64,000 nucleotides of DNA from Epithemia pelagica. Taxonomy: Eukaryota > Protista > Bacillariophyta. Position 1 is the first letter of the stretch, and the number at the start of each line of letters is the position of its first letter. Position numbers and translations under genes: made by a program. The notes beneath the pieces are model-generated. The model searched no databases. It saw nothing but the letters and a program-made list of their open reading frames with translations, and was not told the origin of the DNA. The stretch is taken from positions 1,116,001 through 1,180,000 of the forward strand of contig OX337236.1 in NCBI GenBank assembly GCA_946965045.2. The letters run 5' to 3'. Below are positions 45,726 to 56,252 of the stretch, piece after piece.

Positions 45726-47830
45726 AGGGAGCGTATTGTAGATCCGTTCATACGTGACAAATCACAGTCGATAAAGAGTTGTTGTAGCCCCTTGGTCGAA
45801 AAGGATGATTGACGTCCGTATTACATCACTGGGTTTATACTACCAGAGTAGTATTTGAGTGATACAATCCTATAATCGGCAATTTAGCTCTAGGCATGGA
45901 TGCCGTCGTTTGATTGTAATGCAACACCAGTACGAGCCAAAACACACAACAATATCAAGTCTGCCAATTCCGTGTTGCAAGTGAAGCGCGATTCATGAAG
46001 GGAGGTTGTGTATGTCTGCTCATGTTCATTGCCTCATTGCCAAAAGGATCACGAATCTCCAAATACTCCAGAGAGTTGAGATCTGTTCCATTACTCAAGC
46101 CTCCCGACAGCAAACATGCGATGGCCAATGACAGCACTAGCACAACAATGCCAAGGAATTGACCTCAGAGCTTCGTCTTTCTCCTCAGAAAATATGAAAA
46201 TGGACTTCGAACGATATGGACTGAATATTCTGGACCTTTCACACCAAAACCGGGCAACGACGGACGGACCTCTACGGCGGCGATTTCAATCATGGTATCC
46301 TTCAGTTCCAAAACCATCCACGAAAAAAACGCCACCCGCTGTCAATCCCATTTCGAGGGAAGCTGATCGCACATGGTTGTAGAAGCCCTCCGACCCTTCT
46401 ATCGAGATCACTTGAAATTAGCACCCACGATAGCAAAATCATCCACCCAACCTGGGGAAGCCACAAGAACAATCATATAGATGCAACTGGCGCAAATACC
46501 TCAGGGGAGACCGGGGCGCTTTGTCCACTCTTGAAGACCATCCCAATCAAGCAGGAAAGGCTTCTCGTACGTTTCCACCAATGATCTGTCTCTGGCCGAT
46601 TGCTGCGTCTCCTCTGTTTTTTCACTTCTTCTTCCACATTGGCTTGCACTCTATAGTTCCACATTGAGACTGAGACTTTTTGGTTCTCTCTCGGTGAGCT
46701 CATATGTATCAATCATAAGCCTCCTCACTGTGTGGCACGAGCAATGTCGCAACTCGACAACTCGTTGCGACAAAGTGTCATTGGTTATGGTAGAATGCTA
46801 GTTTCTTGCTCCATTTCGTAGCAGCATTGCAGTCCTCGTCCTTGTGGTTGTGGTGGTTGTGAATGCGGCTATATGGTTTTGTTTTGTTTTGGTTCGAGGA
46901 TGATTCGTGTATAGATTCATGGCAGCGTTTCGGGCTGGGTATCTCATCCTCACGTATTATTGTATATATTGTTTTGGGGACTATCATTCTCCCGTGGTAC
47001 CAAAAAAAGGACCATTCCTCTTGCGCAAATCATTCGTCCTGCCGGTTGGATGAGAGTGCTGTTCCGTATACTATTATATACTGTGAAGGGTGCACCGAGT
47101 GAGTGTGTCTGGAAGAATGACACCGTCACTCGATCATCATCATCATTCTTGACACAACCAACACACTGGAGACGTGTGCCAATGTGTGTGGGCCTTCGTT
47201 TTGTCCTTGTCGTTGTGGGTCGTCATGGTGATTAGACGACGAGAAAGGATGTGGATCTTCTGATCCGTGACACAGAGATGCGCGGTGTCGGGAGACCGGA
47301 TCGAGTGGCGAGTATACAATAGTCGCGAAAGTACTTCTGGGACTCGGGACTCGCATGCCAACCAGATGGACCATGGACGAGAAACTGTATAACACGGAGT
47401 GTATGAATGTGATGCGGACTGTACAAAGGCATCCAACCCTAGGCGTTGAGAAACCCACAAGAACTCCCACTGCAATGCCCCGGTCATCCCTATCCATAAT
47501 CCGTACTCCTACGAACATCCGTAGAACTACCTAGGTAGGTAGGTAAGTTACCGGTAATTACCGGGAGTCTATTCGGACCCAAGCGCCATGCACCTTGCTA
47601 AAAGAAATGATGTCGAAGCAAGAAACTTTCAATCCTAAATCCTAATGCCAAGTATAGCAAGTAATTCAAGTGATTTATACATTTATCTTGTCGCTGTTGT
47701 TTGTCCAATGACCTTCCGTCGAAAGAAAGGACCACTTTCATTCACCTCAGGTTTAAGAATCAAAGATAATTCATAGAATACTCTTCTAAGCAAGCAAGTC
47801 TGCGAATCTGGCACGCTGGTAAGATCTTCC

Positions 47831-47900
47831 TATGGTCGTCCAATGCATGCGGAGCGTACCCATTAAATGCATTTTCATTCACATCTGAATCATCACCATA
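47831..47900 (-). promoter_or_regulatory. Candidate SECIS element
   Basis: ATGA (47878-47875), helix AATGCAT/ATGCATT, unpaired AA (47864-47863), mini-stem, GGAC; outer helix TATGGT/ACCATA; 88-157 nt after the TAG. Confidence 0.5.
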
Positions 47901-47987
47901 CGTGTTGTCTCACAAATCTGTCTTTTTATTGGGCATCGCTCCTAAAGAAGAACAATGATAGTCAAAAGAAACCCCACAGAGTTTCTT

Positions 47988-48986
47988 CTACGGTGCCGTA
48001 GAGGGAATGTGGCCATCGTAGAGTGCATCAAAGGTGGATGCATGGGACGTGAACGCCTTCGCCAGTGCTTGTGCCACAGCATTCAGTTCCCGTTTGTCCA
48101 ACCGTCAGCAATCACTTCCGACCACGTTAGCTCCGTCAGTCGGTTCTGGCCCCAATACCTTACGACCCAAATCAAGAATGCGTTCATGGTCGTTGAAGTG
48201 TGAGGTGAGCGCCGAAAATTCCGACTTTTGGCCCGCCGACCCCGATGACTGATAGTATGCCTCGAGGAGCTTCTCTTCATGAGCAAAATGAGCTTCCAGC
48301 ACGTGCAAGGCCTCGCTCAAGGACTTTGTCGATGGGAACTGTAACAAGGCGTTGAGTTTTTCGGTGCATTCTTCGTGTTCATGGTCCATGCTGTCCACGC
48401 CCACTGAAGGAGGAGGCTCTACCTTGGACAGACTGTCATCATGTTTCTCTTCTGATGCATTTCTGTTATTATTTTCCGACTTTTGGGTGAGTTCTGAATT
48501 TCCGGGATTCGTTGGCCAAAGCATGGTAGCTAGCAATTCTTGAACATGTCGAAATGCGTCTTCTCCATACTGTAGAAAGGCTCTTGTTTTACGGCTTACA
48601 AAGCATCCATTTTGGTCCACCACAATGAAACCGGAACATCCCAATTGTCCATATCCCACAGGCATGTAAGGACGACCAGGGATGTAGGCATTTATGGCAT
48701 GCTCAAATTGAAACATGCGTTGAAACATATAGGCCGTTTGCCTGGACTCGACGCAAACACAGAGGAACTGAACTTGGTCTCGACCGTAGGCTTCCGCCCA
48801 AATCTCCATTTGTGCCGCACAAGGGCGGCACCCGCCTCATCCTCCGTCGTAGAAATGAATGACACTGGGTTTCTGGGCCGTCCGCAAAAAATGGCCGCTC
48901 GGAAAGAGTTCACTCTCCCGTCCGTTCGATTCGTTGATTACATGGACATAGAAGTCACCGACTGGCTCGCCCACCGAACTCGTCAT
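47988..48986 (-). CDS. Probable selenoprotein: thioredoxin/AhpC-like domain (UxxC) fused to hemerythrin, 332 aa, Sec at 50 and 294
   Basis: ATG 48986, in-frame TGA at 48839-48837 (HFYDGG-U-GGC) and 48107-48105 (GSDC-U-RL), TAG 47990-47988; the last hemerythrin ligand motif HxxxxD lies after the second TGA. Confidence 0.82.
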
Positions 48987-49619
48987 GGTAAGCCAGTGGG
49001 ATCAAAACAGCCCGGATTCCCACAAGTTATGAGGCAATGACCAGTTTCTCTGTCGTTTTGGTTTTGGAGCAATGGACAGGTCTCTCTTGGAGGGAAACAA
49101 AGAGCCTTTCGGAAACAAATAGCCACAACAAGTCTCGAGGCCATAAATCATGCGTGAAGCAGACAGACGTCATGGGTTTATGCGTAGACTCTCTAGAGCT
49201 AGGGCAGTAGGAGTAGCTTGAACGCTTGTTAATGACAATATGGAATTAGACGAGAGGATAACTAACTTGTACTCCTACTCCTAGTAGCTTGTGGATGGAT
49301 CGACCATGACAACGTTAACCTGTCTAGTCGACCTGACAATCTCACTTGTTTCGTCTTCGTGACGTTTTTACTGCGTTGAACAACAGCGATTTCTCGTTCA
49401 TTGCAGTCTTTAAACATGTTAAGGCTCAGACTAAGCGTAGTGACCGTGTGCCGTCTTTCGATGCAACGTTGTGACTATCATTAGACTAGGTAAATTAATA
49501 CTGTGCGCTATCGGATTAATCCTTCTAGAGTCATATTGTATTCCGACCTCCAATAGTCTCTCTCCAAAAGTCACGGACCTCCACCAGTCTCTCTCCAAAA
49601 GTCACTAAACCGGACTACG

Positions 49620-52013
49620 TCATTTCTTGACGTACTCCATAAACATGGCTCCAGTATCGGTATTTTGGAATCGCCGTTCTGCTTTGTATTTCTTTCCATC
49701 CAGAACATCGTCTACTGCTCCAGCGACATTGTGCACAATGCACCAGTCGAGAAATTGTCCTCTCGGGCCAAGTTCAACAACAACATCAAACGTTGGTTCA
49801 CTTCGACGTTGAGTCTTGGTCTTACTCACACTACCACCAGGTGGTCCACTTTCGCTGCCACGGTTCATCTTACGTTTCGCTTCCTCCTTCGCCATTTCAT
49901 CTCCCATGGTCACTGTCTCTAAACCTCCGATCAAACCATTTAGCTCCTTGTTCCCTATGAGCTTGCGCAGATCTCCATGTGCGCTAGCAATGATGCGCAC
50001 CCCTCGTTGTCGTACAGTACGAGCTGCCTCGACCTCCTTGGGTCGGCCAATCTCGTCAATTACCATACAGGATGGCGTATGATTCTGGACACATTCAACC
50101 ATTACTTTGCTCTGTTTTTCCAGAGATTCTACCATCATGCGGCGGGCCAAACCGATACTCTTGTGGGGCTGAACTCCATCACCACCAATCTCGTTCGACG
50201 TATCGACAACCACTACATTTTCTTCAACAGCAAGCAACCGAGTTACTTCGCGAACAACCGTTGTCTTACCAGAGCCCGGTACTCCAACAAACAGCATCGA
50301 TTTCGATGATCCGAGGACAATATCCATACTTCGTCCGATACGGATGGTCAATCCAGTAATTGAATTGTCACGAGCTCGCATCACAGAAAAACGGTGCATT
50401 TTCCCATTTAACCCAGCACGATTGTCGTGACCAATCTCACCGAGATGATCTATGACAGATTGAATATCTTCGTCCGTCGCTACAACGTATGGATCTGTGC
50501 AAAGAAATTGGCGTTTTCCAGATACCCAGCATTGAGGCCTTCGAGCGACATCAATTACGATGTCTCTAATGTTTGGGACATCTATCCATCTGTCATCATG
50601 TGTGTTACAGCTTGTTTCTTTCGTCGATCCATTCTTTGGAAACCTTTCTTGGAAACTGTCTGGTAGGACGTTGATAACGTCCTCGGTTTCACTTGCGACT
50701 ACGTGGACACTGCCAAAAACGCCTTTTGCCGGATTCTGGAGGCGTAGTAACTCTGCTGATACCATTCGGTAGTTTTGGGAGCGATCAAAACAAATCGAAC
50801 GTGATCCGTCGTTGGCCACGGCGCTACGGGCTCTTTCTTCAGAAGCCTTTTTGAGCAATGATAAATGAGCAAACGCTTCGTCGTCTTCTATCACTTTGAA
50901 CGCACGAACAAGACAGGATGCTTCCAATGCAGAATACTCGAGCTGGGAGCTCGGTAGCGGTCTTTTGGACCAGAAGTCGGAGCAGCCATCCATCCGACTG
51001 TGCATAAAGCCCTTCGAAGGATGTAAGGGGACTCCAAGCTTCTCCATTGCATAGTCGAAGCCTGCATTGAAACGGTCAAAGTGATGTTCCATGAACAGCT
51101 GAGTATCAAATACGTTAGTAAGGCGAACATAACCCAGAGTCTCAAGCGCAACGGCGTCTCTGTGAAGATCATGAACAACCTTGACAATGTGTCGGGACGT
51201 AAGCAATGGACGCAATGATTGGCAAAGAACACTCGCCCCGATAAGTTGGGCGTCAAACACATAAACCTTGGACGAGTGCCCAATTTGAACCAGTTCCAGC
51301 GATCCCGGAATTCCTTCACAATCAAGCGCCACGAACGAATGTACCCGGTATTCCGCAGAAAATATTGGGTTCGACCGCATGATCTCTTCCAGGATCTCGG
51401 CTGACTTTACATAGAGGCAGGTAGTCCCATCCGGTAGTTTCCATTTATCCTGACTGGAAAACTCCCACTCATCATGAGGTACGAGTTCAGGCGATGCTAT
51501 TGTTCTGGGAGTGCTTTCTGTAGCGATACCACGTGATGAAGAGTCCTTTGTTTTCTGCTTTGTCGTTCTATCAAGATCTCGAAGTCGATCGGTATTCCAC
51601 TCCAACAGGCCTTTGTTCACTGAGACATACCCGAAGTAAAGAATATCGGCAAGAAAAACTTCAAAATTGAAGTTTGCATGGAGTTCACTTAGCATCCTCC
51701 TAGTGGTACCTTGAAGTTCTTTCTTCTTTTCAGGGAGCGGAAGTCGGGCGTTGTTAAAGATGCAAAGAATCGATGTACGCATTGGCTCCTGTATCGGGTG
51801 GTCTTGGTTGGGCGAATGAGGGACAAGCGATACGCGCTCCCTATCACAGACAGAGAGCCGAGTGGATGTCTTCAGAATTGAAAGAATTTGGTTTCTTGCC
51901 TTTCGCGGCCCATTGCAAACGCCGAGCTGTTCCAAAGGCAGGGTTTCGCCTGCGTAGAAGAGAAATGTGACAACTTTTGCGATGACTGTTTCGTCATCGT
52001 CTATCTTTGCCAT
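49620..52013 (-). CDS. DnaQ-like 3'-5' exonuclease fused to a Ycf45/SpoIIIAA-like AAA ATPase
   Basis: ALDCEG, HDLHRD, VFDTQL, YSALE; GVPGSGKTT, VVDTSNEIGGDG, QNHTP, VIDEIGR, IIASAHG. Confidence 0.88.
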   Translation of the reverse strand: MAKIDDDETVIAKVVTFLFYAGETLPLEQLGVCNGPRKARNQILSILKTSTRLSVCDRERVSLVPHSPNQDHPIQEPMRTSILCIFNNARLPLPEKKKELQGTTRRMLSELHANFNFEVFLADILYFGYVSVNKGLLEWNTDRLRDLDRTTKQKTKDSSSRGIATESTPRTIASPELVPHDEWEFSSQDKWKLPDGTTCLYVKSAEILEEIMRSNPIFSAEYRVHSFVALDCEGIPGSLELVQIGHSSKVYVFDAQLIGASVLCQSLRPLLTSRHIVKVVHDLHRDAVALETLGYVRLTNVFDTQLFMEHHFDRFNAGFDYAMEKLGVPLHPSKGFMHSRMDGCSDFWSKRPLPSSQLEYSALEASCLVRAFKVIEDDEAFAHLSLLKKASEERARSAVANDGSRSICFDRSQNYRMVSAELLRLQNPAKGVFGSVHVVASETEDVINVLPDSFQERFPKNGSTKETSCNTHDDRWIDVPNIRDIVIDVARRPQCWVSGKRQFLCTDPYVVATDEDIQSVIDHLGEIGHDNRAGLNGKMHRFSVMRARDNSITGLTIRIGRSMDIVLGSSKSMLFVGVPGSGKTTVVREVTRLLAVEENVVVVDTSNEIGGDGVQPHKSIGLARRMMVESLEKQSKVMVECVQNHTPSCMVIDEIGRPKEVEAARTVRQRGVRIIASAHGDLRKLIGNKELNGLIGGLETVTMGDEMAKEEAKRKMNRGSESGPPGGSVSKTKTQRRSEPTFDVVVELGPRGQFLDWCIVHNVAGAVDDVLDGKKYKAERRFQNTDTGAMFMEYVKK

Positions 52014-53345
52014 GGTGGTTGCACTTACCCCTACTACAACAAAAATTGGATGAAGAGGAATACAGTCGGGGAAGTTTCACTTTCGCGGGGTCAGAATTTC
52101 AGGTGAAAATGTGATTGGACCAGGCGCCACCGTCAAGATGGGATAGGACGATGACGTATCTTGCAGATGAATGCAGCTAGCTAGTCCCCGATAAAATATC
52201 GCGCGGCTGGGCAGGACTTTGGATTCCAAATGACTGCGTAACATTTGCTAGAAGCATTTGAGTGTCACTGTTCACCTGTCTATTTGATAGATCTTTTCAA
52301 GGCAACGTGAAAAAGGCGCTCTCGTTTCACATCGCCAACCCGATTCGATATATTCAGCACCAACAGAGAAGGACCAAGATTTACCGTTATGCTCTGGTAG
52401 AAGCACCAAGATATCCTTTCCTGCTCCTTTGTGTCTTTTGCCTTTGAACGGAGCATACTAGCTGAGTATACTATAGTCCCTCTTCCCACAATAAAGATAG
52501 GCAGTAGCCCATGAATGAACCTGAAGTTGCTTGTGCGATTGTTCATCCTGATAGTCCTGCTCATTTACTTTGAATTCCATTTCCAAAGAGACGGACTCTC
52601 TTTTGTGGATCCATGCTCGGGATCAGTCTTCCACAAGTCCGATACCATGGTACTGAGCAAAGATTCCCTCTGTTGTTGGAGATCTGTTTCGTCTAGTACC
52701 AGTCTGTCATTGTAGGATGCCGAGTTTGTGTCTTGATTACCGTCACTATCATCGACAAACTGGAAGTGAACTTTTGCCGTCGTTGTCATACTGGTTCTAT
52801 CTTCTGTGTGGTTCATTGTCATTGTTCTGTTCCCGCCGTTTTCGAGATTTTGTAAAGCGCGACTCACTTTTCGCAAAGGCAGTCGCGGAGCTCTCCTACA
52901 TAAGTCTAAATTCTGGGGGTGACCCCTTATATGCTATCTGCTACTCGTACTACCTAAATTTTTGTTTAACGAGCCTCCCCCAGAGAGAACCCCTCGACCC
53001 CCCTCTGGAATCGGATTCCCGAGTCCCGAGGTACTTTCCACCCCATACTCCAAAGTCGATCCATATCCATACAGTAGTCGACCAATTCACACAAAAAAAC
53101 TTGCATGACAGAATCTGGAATCTCGAGACATGGCGAGATTTGCATCCAACCGAACACACGAACCCAGATCAAGGCATCAATACAGCCTCTCATCTTCGGC
53201 CGACTTCTGGAACAAGAACCGATCCTCCAAAGACATCACTGCAGACGGTTGGTCCCCTTGAATCAGTGGGACGCAACTGCTGTATCTCCTGCCCATCCAG
53301 TATTCAGTTGCTGGTGAGCCTCTCTTTGTCGGTCGAAGCAATCTC

Positions 53346-53795
53346 ATGATTAAAGTTTACTTGGCTCTTGCGTTGACCATGATTGTGGTCTTATTACTGT
53401 CGCAAGCTCTTTCAGTTCTCTTCTTTTGGAACGACGCTGCGGAAGAGGATGACGAGGATTTAGAGGAAGGATCACCGATTGACGACGACGATGCCACCAC
53501 GTGTGCGGAATCAGTATCTACCGACGACGCCTCTCGAAACGTGAAAGAAGATCACGACAGCTTTGAAGACAATAACGATAGCGCCCATGGATTGGATCGT
53601 ACCAACTCCGAAGACCAACTTATCAATGGTGGTGGGTCTAGCGAGTTTAAAGTCATTGATATCGAAACCCGATCCGAGTCCGATGAGCCGGCCAACGTCC
53701 CGACACCATCGGCTGCTGCCCAAGTCATCGTAAGAACGACCATGGCTCAGAAACATGCGTGTTCCCCTGGTTCAGATCATGATGATACAATGTAA
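53346..53795 (+). CDS. Small hypothetical protein with N-terminal hydrophobic helix and acidic tail
   Basis: ATG-started 149-aa ORF; composition only. Confidence 0.4.
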   Translation: MIKVYLALALTMIVVLLLSQALSVLFFWNDAAEEDDEDLEEGSPIDDDDATTCAESVSTDDASRNVKEDHDSFEDNNDSAHGLDRTNSEDQLINGGGSSEFKVIDIETRSESDEPANVPTPSAAAQVIVRTTMAQKHACSPGSDHDDTM

Positions 53796-55379
53796 GAGGA
53801 TTGATGGCCCATGACAGAAAGGAAAGTTCGAGTTGCTCGACAGACTAGAGTCCGTAGCGTTCATTTTGGTCATCCAAACTCCCGGTCATGGGTATAACAT
53901 GAGAAAATGAATGACGCAAACCATGCATTGCGGTATGGGACTTTGGAAGTCCTTTCCTTTTACTCCACGGAAACATCACGATGACTGGATCACGCGTTCC
54001 CACAAAGAATTTCGAATGATCATTTTGATCATCGATTTTGATCATCGATAATCTCAGTCATGGAAATGATATGAGAAACAGAAATGAAGGAAACTCCTTT
54101 TATTGCGATATGGAGGAAGCTAAAGACCTGTGCTTTTACTCTACGCAAACTCGGTGATGGTTGGATCATGCTTACCGGTGAAGACTTGCGAGTGATGGAA
54201 TCTCACCTTTCTACAATCCTGTCAAGTGGACAATTCAATGGATTCATTGAAAAGATCGCAATCTCAAGCTTTCAATGTCAAACAAAAAGAACTCCAGATC
54301 GGCCACATACATCTTGATCAAGATTAGTTTACTAGCACCCTGGCGACAAGGCTTGGAATTCACTTTTCCCTTGCCCTCTAGAGAGAGAACCAAATGATGA
54401 ATAGATTGCTTGACAAATGGTAAGAATGCTCATTTCCAATGCCTGGGGTGCGAAGACGTGAGATTTCGATGTAGGAATAATACGTTGATCATGCTATTGT
54501 GTTTGATACTTTCGATTCCTAGATCGTTATTATGTCTTTTCTTTGTGGTTACATGTACTGCGTGTCACTCGCAGAACATGAAGAGTTGCGCATGGCAACG
54601 ATGCCTAATGTCATTGTTCAAAGCTTGTAAGCTTGAGGGGATACATGCTCCCTCTACAATATCTCTCCGCCTCCAACCTCCGGCACATCCCATCCCTCGG
54701 TATCAGTGTCCACTGCTTAGCTGTTTTTTGTCTGTGCCATCATTTTAGGTTCCCAGGTGGACACAGACAACATTTTTTGCTTTTGAGACAAATAGAAATG
54801 ATCAAATGGCAAATTGGCACGCATACCCAGCTGGAGTTTTCACAGTTTGAAACAGACGCATGCCCAGCAAGCGGCCGTGCGTGGATAACTGCTGGTTGCT
54901 CCATAATTCATAATGACAAGCACACAATTCTTTTCTCTTGTTGCCGAAGCACATCGTACGAATGGCATTCCAGGTGAGTGTGATCCGTTGCCAATTGCCA
55001 TGACAATTACATAGCTCATGCTCACTGATCACTGACACTTGTCACTTTTGTTTGCTCTGCTCATGGGAAGAGAGGCGATCATCTGTTGTGTCTCTGGGTA
55101 GCTCATTACGTGCCATTCTACATGTCGAAATGACGGATTTTTGATAACTTTCATTCGATTCATAAACAGACTGCAGACATTGTTTTCTTTATATACTAGG
55201 AGTAGAACTCAAGTGCTATTCATTCGTAGAGTTCAGTGCATTCTGAATTCGTTGCAGATCTCTTTTCTGTTTTGATCATGGCAATGACTCTCAGTTTCAC
55301 CATGAACACAAGCAGCTCTCACACGCTACAGCTACAACTTTTGACTCTATGAACTGATAGACATGGAAAGTAGGGTGTG

Positions 55380-56252
55380 GCAAGAGCAAGAGGGCTTCCC
55401 ATCTATTTGAAGCAAAAACAACAAAGTGTTCGGTCATTGAGAAATGAGATGATGCTACGACCTATGACGATAGTAGTTAAAGTACGGCTAGCTATAGACC
55501 TAGAACTACCTTTCGAAGAACAACACCTAGACTCTATGAGAGTACACGTCTACCATGACATAGCTGTGCCATCTGTCCTGCAAGCTTGTGCGAACACGTG
55601 CGTGGACGGCTGACGAAGCTGAGCCATATGTGCCCATGTATGTGACATGTCCGAGCCTGCGGCACAATGTTCCCTCTCTGAATAACCCTGGTGTTTTGTG
55701 ATACACATTTACATATGCCCACTACTATCTACGACAGGCAAAAGCCGGACGAGCTCCACTCGGAAGCAAAGTCCAGGCTATGTCTCACCTAAAACATACA
55801 CGTCTCCAACTTACAACAAGATTCACCAAAGGATCATGGATACTTGGTTCAAGCCAATAGTTCCGCCTCTATCCCTCACAGTTTGAGTATATGGAACAGG
55901 TTCTATGCACTAAGAGAACAGGTTCCATTAGTCCCTAAACGTAGAGCGTCTGTAGCGCCTTACCTAGAAGTCAAAGATGTTTCTTCACCGGGCCCAACGG
56001 TTCGGGAAAAGTAAACTCTTTATGACTGAAAGGAAGTAATGAAAGAGCAATCATGAGAAACAAACACTTTCGATAGAATAAGCTCACTTCTTATAAAAAC
56101 CTGAAAGTTGTAAGCAACCTTTAGGAAGGAGTCAACCATACTAACCTAGTGCAAGGTGAGGGCCCCATCGTGTACCGAGTGAACTGGTTGACTACAGAAG
56201 TTCAGAGCACTAACCATCACGTCTTACGTTAGTTTTTCTACATACATTAAGT
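55380..56252 (+). repeat. Probable 5' LTR region of copia C; left boundary undefined
   Basis: Lies just before the PBS-like site; TATAAAA at 56092-56098; partner LTR is outside the window. Confidence 0.35.

Noticed and set aside
46100-47500. Scattered short ORFs as a gene
   Set aside because: Multiple stops in all frames and no recognisable motif; at most a decayed pseudogene.
47735-47775. A third ATGA...AAA hairpin as SECIS
   Set aside because: No GA on the 3' strand to form the core.
49555-49605. 20-bp direct repeat AGTCTCTCTCCAAAAGTCAC x2
   Set aside because: Simple tandem duplication in a 3' UTR; no functional evidence.
52280-52876. Two abutting in-frame ORFs as another readthrough gene
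   Set aside because: The stop is TAA and overlaps a possible GT donor; no domain spans it.
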